Source: Candidatus Uhrbacteria bacterium (GTDB lineage: Bacteria > Patescibacteriota > Patescibacteriia > UBA9934). Taken from it: 64,000 bases of DNA. The stretch is from positions 9,890 to 73,889 of the forward strand of contig JABHCP010000007.1 in the NCBI GenBank assembly GCA_018673485.1, in the 5' to 3' direction. Shown piece by piece: positions 9,989 to 18,542 of the stretch. The position numbers and the translations under genes were made by a program. How positions within the stretch are numbered: the stretch's first letter is position 1; each line of letters begins with the position of its first letter. Under the pieces are notes generated by a model. The model was not told the origin of the DNA. It saw nothing but the letters and a program-made list of their open reading frames with translations, and did no database searches.

Positions 9989-11305
9989 ATGACCACGATT
10001 CTTCTAATCATCCTCTTCATCCTTTTCGCACTTTTAGCCAAGCGTAACCTTAAAGCTGCGCTTATTTTGTTATCTGGACTGTTGCCAATATATCTACTTA
10101 GGATCGAGATTGGACCGATACCCTCAACCACGCTCGAAGTATTGATCTTGATTTGTGCTGTTGCCTGGATCATGAACCTTATCCGTCATCCTGATTCCCA
10201 CACCTCACCATCTCGACGTCTAGGAGAGATCTTCTCAAACAAGAAGACTTCTCACTTCGCTCGAAGTGGGGGCATTAAATGGATTCGACCAACCCTACTA
10301 CTCATTGCCGCAGCTAGTTTCGGGGTCGTCGTTGCACCAGACCTTTTTGGAGCACTTGGAATCTGGAAAGCATACTTCATCGAACCAATTCTCGTTGCAA
10401 TAATGATGCTAACGACCTTTAATCGACGTGACTGGACTCGAGCACTGCAAGCTTTGAGTGTTTCAGCGATCGTACTTTCGATATTCGCCATCGTTCAATA
10501 CTGCACCGGCACCGGAATCCCAACTCCATGGGACATAGAGCTTCGAGTGACAAGCTTTTTCGACTACCCCAACGCACTCGGCCTATTCCTAGCACCAATA
10601 GTGTCATTGAATCTTATCTTGTCATTCCTGCGAAAGCAGGAATCCATCATTTTTCGATCGATCTCGATCGTAACAATCATCCTCGGCCTCACAGCAATCA
10701 TCCTCTCCCAAACCGAAGCAGCACTCGTTGCCATCCCAGCCGCCGTGATAATCACACTACTCATTTCAGAAATTTCAAAAAAATCTAAAGTTATTCTACT
10801 GGTCCTATCGGTCCTACTGGTCGCATGCTCACTACTCATCCCTACAGTCCGCGAAAAACTAACCCTCCAAGACTACTCAGGACAAGTTCGAATCTCACAA
10901 TGGACTGAAACGCTCGAGCTCATTAAAGACAAACCATTCTTTGGCGCTGGACTAAACGGATACCCAACAGCGCTCACGCCATATCACAACTCAACACTCT
11001 ACGAAATCTTCCAGTACCCTCACAACATAATCCTAAACACCTGGACCGAACTCGGACTCCTCGGCCTAATCGCATTATTCTGGTTTGCATATCTAATCCT
11101 AAAACAAACCATCTCGACGCCCAGGAGAGATTCTCTCAAGAAGACTTCTCCTGACGTCGAAGTGGGTATACTACAACTCGCCCTCTTTGCAGCACTCCTC
11201 ACGATCCTCATCCACGGCCTGGTCGATGTCCCCTATTTCAAAAACGACCTTGCAGTCATGACATGGATACTGTTCGCTGGATACATCGCCATTAAAAGAA
11301 AATGA
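9989..11305 (+). CDS. O-antigen ligase/polymerase family membrane protein (Wzy_C domain)
   Basis: 438 aa polytopic protein; C-terminal block GAGLNGYPTALTPYHNS...HNIILNTWTELGLLGLI typical of Wzy_C. Confidence 0.75.
   Translation: MTTILLIILFILFALLAKRNLKAALILLSGLLPIYLLRIEIGPIPSTTLEVLILICAVAWIMNLIRHPDSHTSPSRRLGEIFSNKKTSHFARSGGIKWIRPTLLLIAAASFGVVVAPDLFGALGIWKAYFIEPILVAIMMLTTFNRRDWTRALQALSVSAIVLSIFAIVQYCTGTGIPTPWDIELRVTSFFDYPNALGLFLAPIVSLNLILSFLRKQESIIFRSISIVTIILGLTAIILSQTEAALVAIPAAVIITLLISEISKKSKVILLVLSVLLVACSLLIPTVREKLTLQDYSGQVRISQWTETLELIKDKPFFGAGLNGYPTALTPYHNSTLYEIFQYPHNIILNTWTELGLLGLIALFWFAYLILKQTISTPRRDSLKKTSPDVEVGILQLALFAALLTILIHGLVDVPYFKNDLAVMTWILFAGYIAIKRK
10208..10270 (-). mobile_element. 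63-bp MITE-like GC-rich element inserted in frame in the O-antigen ligase ORF
   Basis: imperfect TIRs CCCACTTCGA / TCGAGATGG; internal half 28/29 identical to the intergenic copy at 3082..3110; encodes the extra peptide SPSRRLGEIFSNKKTSHFARSGG. Confidence 0.5.
11109..11166 (-). mobile_element. 58-bp MITE-like element, second in-frame copy in the same ORF
   Basis: same termini and internal GAGAAGTCTTCTTG core as 10208..10270; encodes TPRRDSLKKTSPDVEVG. Confidence 0.5.
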
Positions 11306-11345
11306 ACCAACAGCCTTGACAAAAGGCTGTTTTGGGTTTAAATAG

Positions 11346-12146
11346 ATGCGTCCACTCTTGGGCCCCAACAACGGAGAGCACATGACAATTCGCCCCCTCC
11401 CCTGCGCTGATGACAACGTGAAAGCATTGGTATCACCCTTCAAACTGAGTGAGGTGGTAGTCACCTCGCCTGATGATCGCCGGCGAGCCGTTGAGTACAT
11501 GGCCTTCTGGTTTGGCCAGGACGAGCACATGAACCAGTTCTTTGGAGCCCTATGCAAACATGGAACTCCGGAACAGCAAGCGTCTGCACGTCGCGCCATC
11601 TTTGACATCTTCCTCGACGACGCACTCAAGTGCGCCTACCTGCGTAGCTTGGACGGTGAACGCACCGCATGCGAAAGCTGGTGGACGTACATGTACCCAA
11701 AAACGATCCGCGAAGACCTTGAAGAAACTGCTCAGCAAGTAGCTCGTGGATTCGAAGCTATCGGCTGGGCCAAACTCTTCTACGGTTTCCAGGTACTGAT
11801 GGCTGTCAAAAACCACGCTGTACCCAAAATTGATGGAGCGATGATCCCGCACCTTCAACTCAGCAATATCGCAACCGTTGAGGACCTCCGTGGAAGAAAG
11901 CACGCGACAGCTCACATCGTAGCGGTCTGCCGCGTCGCTGATGACCTCAACCTGCCAATTGCGCTGTGCTATGCGCGCCCCGACAATGCCACGTTTTACG
12001 CGAAGTTTGGATTCGAGGACAAGGAACGCATTCCAAAGCTGCCTGACAAATGCCCGTTCTACAACTGGATGTTGCGCATACCAGAGTCGGGACCAGGTGG
12101 TCACACAATGCACATCTGGCGAGCACGCAGACTCCTGCAAGCCTAG
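11346..12146 (+). CDS. hypothetical protein, possibly GNAT-fold, in a high-GC cassette
   Basis: 266 aa; C-terminal NATFYAKFGFED resembles the GNAT motif; about 57% GC; flanked by a promoter-hairpin and a terminator repeat. Confidence 0.45.
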   Translation: MRPLLGPNNGEHMTIRPLPCADDNVKALVSPFKLSEVVVTSPDDRRRAVEYMAFWFGQDEHMNQFFGALCKHGTPEQQASARRAIFDIFLDDALKCAYLRSLDGERTACESWWTYMYPKTIREDLEETAQQVARGFEAIGWAKLFYGFQVLMAVKNHAVPKIDGAMIPHLQLSNIATVEDLRGRKHATAHIVAVCRVADDLNLPIALCYARPDNATFYAKFGFEDKERIPKLPDKCPFYNWMLRIPESGPGGHTMHIWRARRLLQA

Positions 12147-12336
12147 CGACAACAGTGCAGCCCCTTAACCCGCCAAACTCGGCGGGTTTCACGCTTGCAA
12201 TATTAGTTAGTTGCGCCTAAATCCTCTACTTTTTTCACAAAACTCCCCTAGAGACAGTAGCCTTGACAAAAGGCTGTTTTTTATATAATCTTTCGAGTGG
12301 ATTTAACTTCAAGCCACGATACCCCCGAGGTGAAAC

Positions 12337-12738
12337 ATGAGTCGCAGCTTCGCAGAAGTCCGCCAAGCGGCACCACCGATCCACGCCTTTGTGCCGGCGC
12401 ACAAAACCTTAGTGGATAAAATGATGGGCACCGTGACTGGCGACAAAGTCACGATCCTCGAGCCCAACACCATCGACGAACAGTATAGCGACACGCCTTT
12501 CGGTAGTGATGCTGCTACGAGCTATGTCGCGGGTGACGGCAATCGCAAAACCCCATACACCCTCAAAAGTGCGGCGCCAATGTCTGCACACTACGGTATG
12601 GTTGGCCTATGGTGGCTCTTCCAACTCAGCCTGCGCTCATGCAAGCGTCCGGTGTACATCAAGGTCAACGATTGGATCTTCGAGATCACTCCCGAAGGCG
12701 TCATCGCCCTCGACGGTACACTCACGAAGCTCATCTGA
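12337..12738 (+). CDS. hypothetical protein in a high-GC cassette
   Basis: 133 aa; preceded by the same AGCCTTGACAAAAGGCTGTTTT element and followed by the same GCGGGTTTCAC-CTTGCAA-ATTAGTTA terminator repeat as the previous ORF. Confidence 0.45.
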   Translation: MSRSFAEVRQAAPPIHAFVPAHKTLVDKMMGTVTGDKVTILEPNTIDEQYSDTPFGSDAATSYVAGDGNRKTPYTLKSAAPMSAHYGMVGLWWLFQLSLRSCKRPVYIKVNDWIFEITPEGVIALDGTLTKLI

Positions 12739-12879
12739 GCTACTCTCTCGTTGAACCCGCAAGGACCTTTCGTGACCCGCCTCACCAGGCGGGTTTCACT
12801 CTTGCAAAATTAGTTAAGCCAACTCCTTTCTCCAACTAAGCTCACCTGATATAATAGTTTCATAAATTAATCACGCACT

Positions 12880-13824
12880 ATGTTAGCATTTTGGATTGTC
12901 GTCTTTATCGTATCGTTGGCCGTAATGGTCAAGGGTGCTGACTGGCTTATTGCCAGCTCTGAGAAAATTGGTTTGTCCTTTGGACTATCTCCTTTCATTG
13001 TTGGTGTAACCATTGTTGGTTTGGGAACATCGTTTCCTGAGCTTGTTTCGTCTTTTGTTGCGGTCATGCAGGGCGCAACAGAGATCGTAACTGCAAACGC
13101 GGTGGGGTCCAACATCGCCAACATCTTACTTGTCATTGGATTTGCTGCAGTAATTGGTAGGCGTCTTACAGTTACAAAAAACTTAATTGACCTAGACCTT
13201 CCATTGCTTGCAATCGGAACCGTGCTATTAATTGGAGTCGTGTTTGACGGACAGGTAACACTTGGTGAAGCAATTCTATTGGTTGTTACTTACGGAATCT
13301 ATTTGCTTTACACAATTATTCACACAGAAGAGGAGGAAGAGGGTCAAAAGAAAAAGAAGAAAGCAAAACGACCAAAGGTTACTATCAAAGACATCGTTCT
13401 GCTAATCATTGGAATAGCCGGCTTGGTACTTGGAGCAAAATATCTAATCGATTCACTAGTGAATCTTTCCACCATGTTAAATGTTGCAACTGGTGTGATT
13501 GCAATTACAGCTGTTGCGATTGGTACGTCCCTGCCAGAGCTACTAGTATCTGTAAAAGCAGCTCGCGCTGGAAAGCCGGAGGTCGCGCTTGGAAACATTT
13601 TTGGATCTAACATCTTTAATGCCTTCATGGTAATCGGACTCCCTGGACTAATGGGAACACTAATGATTGATGACATGACCTTAATGATTGGAGTCCCAAC
13701 CATGGCGCTCGCAACACTATTATTCGTGATCTCCGGAATCTCACGAAGAATCTACATGTGGGAAGGAGCGTTCTACCTAGCACTCTACGTTCTATTTATT
13801 GCGAAACTATTTAACTGGTTCTAG
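12880..13824 (+). CDS. Na+/Ca2+ exchanger family (CaCA, YrbG-like) antiporter
   Basis: two alpha-repeats GTSFPELVSS and GTSLPELLVS with an acidic linker; 314 aa. Confidence 0.85.
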   Translation: MLAFWIVVFIVSLAVMVKGADWLIASSEKIGLSFGLSPFIVGVTIVGLGTSFPELVSSFVAVMQGATEIVTANAVGSNIANILLVIGFAAVIGRRLTVTKNLIDLDLPLLAIGTVLLIGVVFDGQVTLGEAILLVVTYGIYLLYTIIHTEEEEEGQKKKKKAKRPKVTIKDIVLLIIGIAGLVLGAKYLIDSLVNLSTMLNVATGVIAITAVAIGTSLPELLVSVKAARAGKPEVALGNIFGSNIFNAFMVIGLPGLMGTLMIDDMTLMIGVPTMALATLLFVISGISRRIYMWEGAFYLALYVLFIAKLFNWF

Positions 13825-13933
13825 ACTGAAATACTGAACGAACATAAAACGACCTGTGCAGAGCATGGGTCGTTTTCGCTTCCACCACGCAGAGCACTTT
13901 GATATAATAAAACCACTTAAACCCCCAAATTTT

Positions 13934-14803
13934 ATGCAAAAAATACGAAAAGTTGTGATTCCGGTTGCGGGCTATGGAACTCGATTCCTGCCTGTTACCA
14001 AGGCTATGCCAAAAGAGATGATGCCGATTATCGATAAACCTGTTATTCAGTATGTTGTTGAGGAGGCGGTTGATAGCGGTATTACTGATATTGTTCTTGT
14101 GACTGGTGCCTCCAAGCGTGCTGTAGAGGATCATTTTGACTACAATCACGACCTACAGAACTGGCTGAAAAAACAAGGAAAAAATGAAATGCGTGAGCGA
14201 GTGAAGAAAATCGCAGACATGGCGAACTTTACATATATTCGTCAGAAGGGTCCGTATGGAAACGGAACTCCGGTATTAAACGCTGAGCACGTCATCGGTG
14301 ATGAACCGTTTGCAGTAGTATGGGGTGATGAGTTTTTCACGGGAGGTAAGAAACCTCGACTCAAACAACTATTAGACGTATACGAAAAATATCAAGACCC
14401 AGTTCTCACAGGAATGCGAGTGGGAAAAGAAGGCACCGATAGGTTTGGAATAGTCGATCCAGTTGCCGAGGTTCAAAAGGATGTATGGGAAATCAAAGGA
14501 ATCGTAGAGAAGCCAGGACCAAAGAAAGCAAAATCAAAAATTGCGGCAATGGGTGGATACATTCTGCCGCCTGAAATCTTCGAAATCCTCAAAAAGACAA
14601 AACGAGGTAAGGGTGGTGAGGTTTGGCTCGCTGACGCAATAGCGGTACTTGGAAAAACACGGCCAATGTACATCAAGATTGTCGATGGAGCTTACCGGGA
14701 TACTGGAACAAAGGAAGCATGGCTTAAGACAAACATCGCTTTGGCACTCGAGGATAAAGCGCTCAAGACTGAGATGCGGAAATATATAAAATCTCTTCTC
14801 TAA
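13934..14803 (+). CDS. galU: UTP-glucose-1-phosphate uridylyltransferase
   Basis: KVVIPVAGYGTRFLPVTKAMPKEMMPIIDKPVIQYVVEE N-terminal motif; the likely start is the internal Met MQKIRK. Confidence 0.85.
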   Translation: MQKIRKVVIPVAGYGTRFLPVTKAMPKEMMPIIDKPVIQYVVEEAVDSGITDIVLVTGASKRAVEDHFDYNHDLQNWLKKQGKNEMRERVKKIADMANFTYIRQKGPYGNGTPVLNAEHVIGDEPFAVVWGDEFFTGGKKPRLKQLLDVYEKYQDPVLTGMRVGKEGTDRFGIVDPVAEVQKDVWEIKGIVEKPGPKKAKSKIAAMGGYILPPEIFEILKKTKRGKGGEVWLADAIAVLGKTRPMYIKIVDGAYRDTGTKEAWLKTNIALALEDKALKTEMRKYIKSLL

Positions 14804-14811
14804 TAACTTTT

Positions 14812-16200
14812 ATGAAAAAACTTTCCATCCTACTTCTGTTTACACTGCTTGTTACAGTGGGGGCAGGATGCACAGGAGGCACCAGCACCGCCTCATTTGA
14901 TGATATCGACATTGTTATCTGGCGTGTTTTTGACGACGACGATACGTTCGACGCAATTATCGACAACTACCGAGCGCTGCATCCAAATATAAGCGTTGAA
15001 TATAAGAAATTGCGCTACGACGAATACGAAGACGAGTTAATCCAGGCCTTTGCAGAAGGCCGTGGACCAGATGTGCTGTCATTGCACAACACGTGGTTGC
15101 CAGACTACCAAGTCTTACTCGAACCAATGCCAAGCTCAACAACCGTTTCCTACTTAGAGACCCAGGGGACACTGCGTAAAGAAACTGTTGTCGTGTCGCG
15201 CACCACAAATACAATGAGCATGCGCGAGCTTGAAAGTTCATTCGTCGAGCAGGTCGCAGAAGATGTTGTTTTGGACTACCAAATCGATCCAGATATTGAT
15301 CCAGTTGAAAAAATCTACGGTCTACCAATGGCTATGGATACAATGACACTTTTTTACAACAAGGATTTACTAAATGCAGCTGGTATCGCGACACCACCGT
15401 CAACTTGGAGCGAATTTCAAGATGACATTATTGCGCTTACCACCTATGACAGTGATGGCAATGTGGACCAGTCAGGTGCGGCTATCGGAACATCTGATAA
15501 TGTAGAGAGAGCTGCTGATATTCTCTCACTCCTTATGATGCAAAATGGAACAGAGATGACAGATGAGCGTGGGCGTGTGTACTTCCACGAGATTCCAAAG
15601 GACTCTCCAGAGGGAGTATACCCAGGATATGACGCCACTAGCTTTTACACTGACTTTGCAAATCCAACTAAGGAAGTTTACACATGGAATGATAACTTTG
15701 ACAGCTCATACGAAAGCTTCGCAAACGGAGAGACAGCAATGTTCTTTGGCTATAGTTACCATATTCCCCTATTGCAAGCTGCGGCACCAAAACTCAACTA
15801 TGCAATCGCGCAGGCTCCACAGATCTCTGGTGGACGCGAGGTAAACTTTGCAAACTACTGGGTGGAGTGCGTAGCTGCTGCATCAGAGAATCCAGAATGG
15901 GCGTGGAACTTCATTCTATTTGCCACTGACGAGGATCAAGTTATCAACTATCTTGACGAGGCTCAAAAGCCAACTGCACTACGTAATTTAATTGGCGGTC
16001 AACTGGACCACTCATTGCTAGGTGCATTTGCCGAGCAAATCCTGACGGCGCAAAGCTGGTACCACGGATATGACGCAGCTGTTACAGAAGACGTATTCGG
16101 TGACTTGATCGATACGATACTAGCCGGCACAGACGATCCAGAAAATGCAATGAACAGTGCGGCATCAAGAATATCTGACACTTACAACAAGAGCGATTAG
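14812..16200 (+). CDS. ABC transporter extracellular solute-binding lipoprotein (family 1, sugar-type)
   Basis: lipoprotein signal LLVTVGAGC; SBP_bac_1-like sequence; 462 aa. Confidence 0.8.
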   Translation: MKKLSILLLFTLLVTVGAGCTGGTSTASFDDIDIVIWRVFDDDDTFDAIIDNYRALHPNISVEYKKLRYDEYEDELIQAFAEGRGPDVLSLHNTWLPDYQVLLEPMPSSTTVSYLETQGTLRKETVVVSRTTNTMSMRELESSFVEQVAEDVVLDYQIDPDIDPVEKIYGLPMAMDTMTLFYNKDLLNAAGIATPPSTWSEFQDDIIALTTYDSDGNVDQSGAAIGTSDNVERAADILSLLMMQNGTEMTDERGRVYFHEIPKDSPEGVYPGYDATSFYTDFANPTKEVYTWNDNFDSSYESFANGETAMFFGYSYHIPLLQAAAPKLNYAIAQAPQISGGREVNFANYWVECVAAASENPEWAWNFILFATDEDQVINYLDEAQKPTALRNLIGGQLDHSLLGAFAEQILTAQSWYHGYDAAVTEDVFGDLIDTILAGTDDPENAMNSAASRISDTYNKSD

Positions 16201-16221
16201 TGACGCTACATAAAATTCAAT

Positions 16222-16255
16222 AAAAAAACTTCCGGTTAAGCTGGAAGTTTTTTTA
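16222..16255. terminator. bidirectional intrinsic terminator
   Basis: A7-ACTTCCGG-N-CTGGAAGT-T7 between convergent genes. Confidence 0.7.
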
Positions 16256-16272
16256 TTGATCACCAATCTTTT

Positions 16273-16548
16273 CTACTCAATTCGTATTGCCTTACCTTCA
16301 ACTAAAGCCCCTGCGACCTTTGATAGTCCAGAGGAGATTATCCTCTGCAAGGTGCTTTGTGAAGTCTGCATTTTTTGTGCTGCTTGCGTTTGAGAAAGTC
16401 CTTCATATTGAGTTAGGCGAATTGCCTCAAACTCCTCATCATCGAGCGTGATCACCTCCAATTGTCGCATGGGCACACCCTGAGGTTTAAAATATGTAAC
16501 CTCAGGGGAAAACCTGATACGCCTAGACATTCGTGGTCGTGGTGACAT
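16273..16548 (-). CDS. DUF134 (UPF0251) predicted DNA-binding protein
   Basis: 91 aa with a sigma-70 region-4-like HTH LTQYEGLSQTQAAQKMQTSQSTLQRII. Confidence 0.7.
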   Translation of the reverse strand: MSPRPRMSRRIRFSPEVTYFKPQGVPMRQLEVITLDDEEFEAIRLTQYEGLSQTQAAQKMQTSQSTLQRIISSGLSKVAGALVEGKAIRIE

Positions 16549-16550
16549 AC

Positions 16551-16736
16551 TTATTCTTGATCTTGCCGGTTTCTTCCTCTTCCGAAAAATCTACCGAGCA
16601 TACCGCGTCCACCACGGCGCATTGCGCGACCTCTTCCTTGGCGTGGGCAGGGCAACTCACTTTTGTCACAGGGCCCTAAGGCCTGCCCAGTTTTTGGACC
16701 TTGGCCATCTGGACCGGTCCCATCTCTATTTGGCAT
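16551..16736 (-). CDS. DUF5320-like small Gly/Arg-rich protein
   Basis: MPNRDGTGPDGQGPKTGQALGPC N-terminus resembles DUF5320, which commonly pairs with DUF134. Confidence 0.5.
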   Translation of the reverse strand: MPNRDGTGPDGQGPKTGQALGPCDKSELPCPRQGRGRAMRRGGRGMLGRFFGRGRNRQDQE

Positions 16737-16840
16737 AGAATTTATGGTTAATACTTATCTATTTTGAATATATACCCATATCTATATTCTGTCAACTGTT
16801 GAAACGTTTAAAATGTTCAATCGTAAAGGCGTTGCCCTCA

Positions 16841-16889
16841 CTTGTTGAAATTGTTTACTTCGGAATAAACACTTTAAACAATTTAAACC
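16841..16889. promoter_or_regulatory. conserved upstream element (TTGTTGAA..TTGTTTAYTTCRGARTAAACACTTTAAACA..TTTAAAC)
   Basis: second copy at 22059..22126 upstream of a pilin-like gene; contains the hairpin TGTTTA-N8-TAAACA and TTTAAA half-sites. Confidence 0.5.
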
Positions 16890-16949
16890 TTTCTTCAAAA
16901 GCAAAAGCTGCCCTCTCCACGAAGGAGGGGCAGCGTACGGTTCGGGGAT

Positions 16950-17618
16950 CTATTCTTCCCCGAAGTCACGACTCCAGTGCCAGTCGAGATATTTGTCACC
17001 TGTCCGGAACTGGATCCACTTGTTGGAAATCGAGAACATCACCTTGTGCTCTGTGGTATGTATACGACCTGGAACACCAAGCGCTGCGTAACGCCCATTG
17101 GCATTCGTAGGCTTGAGCTGCTCGGCAGTGTAGTGCCACTCGGCGTGTCCACGAGCATCGACTCGTGTATCTGGGAACACGAGGTGACAGCGCTCACCAG
17201 GGTTGAGCACATAACTCTCCTGACCGCTATCCATGACAACACGGTCAGTACCCTGGTGCGCCACGACTGTAGTCTGGCCATCAGGCATCTGCGCGAGCAT
17301 CGGCATGGCTTTCCACACACTGACCGGGAAACCATCGATACTGAAGCGGATCGGCGCAGGGGTGTCGTTCGTGAACGTCGCCTCGAACCATCCTTGGGCT
17401 GCGTTGGGTGGCAATCCACCGATGTAACACTTGCCTGGGACGACCTCACGAGCATCGATCATAGGCGAATACGGACTCGAATGGGTTTGCGTTGCAACGG
17501 TCTGCCGTTGTACGTCCTGTCGTTGCGTCTGCTGCTGCACCGGGGGTGGAGCATGGCGAGAGTGAGGACCCGCAAAGGTAGTAGCGGCCAACAAGACAAT
17601 GCACGTGAGATGACTCAT
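16950..17618 (-). CDS. secreted hypothetical protein in a high-GC island
   Basis: signal peptide MSHLTCIVLLAATTFAGP; about 60% GC; opposite-strand ORFs are Arg-rich antisense artefacts. Confidence 0.5.
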   Translation of the reverse strand: MSHLTCIVLLAATTFAGPHSRHAPPPVQQQTQRQDVQRQTVATQTHSSPYSPMIDAREVVPGKCYIGGLPPNAAQGWFEATFTNDTPAPIRFSIDGFPVSVWKAMPMLAQMPDGQTTVVAHQGTDRVVMDSGQESYVLNPGERCHLVFPDTRVDARGHAEWHYTAEQLKPTNANGRYAALGVPGRIHTTEHKVMFSISNKWIQFRTGDKYLDWHWSRDFGEE

Positions 17619-17621
17619 GAT

Positions 17622-18272
17622 CTACTCCCCCTCGAGGATGTCTGTGAGGACTTCCTCGGCTGAGTCAGCACGCGCCTGCTGGGCGTCGGCCTCCTTTTGG
17701 GCCTTCTCGCGTTGCAGCTTCAGTGCCTCGATTTGGCTTGCTTGCCGTTGCGTCGTCGCTTCGAGCTCTGCGGCCTCAGCCTCGGCTGCGGCCTGGAGTT
17801 GTTGCGCACCCTGGACCTCAGTACTACGACCATCGGCCCACATCTGAGTAGAGATAATCGACGCTTCGCTGTCGATGATCTGCAAATCGCGTGTGAGCAT
17901 CGGCGGAAGATAGGCACCATACGGATCGTGATACTGATCGTACAGACTGTAGTACTGATCGTACGGATCGCTATACATGTCAGGAGGCGGCGGCACATAG
18001 GTCGGGCCAACCTGAAGGTGGAGACCTCCGCGCACGCGCGGGGTGGAACCACGGTTGTACGCTCGGCGGCGGCTCGGCTCGATCTGCACGTGCAACTGAG
18101 CGGACTGTCCGCTGCACTGGTACCAGCCGTCGCTGTTGCGATAGTCAGGCACCTGGATGGTGCGCATGTCCACGCAATTGCCGTTGCGGTAATCGTAGCA
18201 GACCTGCTTGCAGGAATCTGCGTAGGCGGGGTTCAGGCTCATGGTGAGAACGAGGGCGATCAGGAAGTTCAT
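17622..18272 (-). CDS. secreted hypothetical protein with C-terminal coiled coil in a high-GC island
   Basis: start taken at MNFLIALVLTMSLNPAYA (signal peptide); Cys-rich N-terminal part; Q/A/E-rich coiled coil. Confidence 0.5.
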   Translation of the reverse strand: MNFLIALVLTMSLNPAYADSCKQVCYDYRNGNCVDMRTIQVPDYRNSDGWYQCSGQSAQLHVQIEPSRRRAYNRGSTPRVRGGLHLQVGPTYVPPPPDMYSDPYDQYYSLYDQYHDPYGAYLPPMLTRDLQIIDSEASIISTQMWADGRSTEVQGAQQLQAAAEAEAAELEATTQRQASQIEALKLQREKAQKEADAQQARADSAEEVLTDILEGE

Positions 18273-18542
18273 GACTTCTCCGGGGGTGATAGGACGGGAA
18301 AATTCACTACAAAAGCGCTTATGCTGGCGCTCTGCAGACATGTTAAATTATCATGAAAAACTCATTCGGTCAATACAAAGCCATGCCTCATTGAACTAAT
18401 CAGTCACGACTACCCCAAACCTAGCCTAGTATTCCTGATTGACAATTATGCGAACTTTTGCTAAATTAAACCGTCTTGATCTACTCGTCTTTGGGACGAA
18501 TCAAGTATCCGTCCCCTCAAAAACCACACACAGGAGTGACCC

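Noticed and set aside
16977-18356. Plus-strand ORFs 16977..17663 and 17697..18356 overlapping the high-GC minus-strand genes
   Set aside because: Arg/Leu-rich low-complexity translations typical of antisense frames in GC-rich DNA; the minus-strand products have signal peptides and ordinary composition
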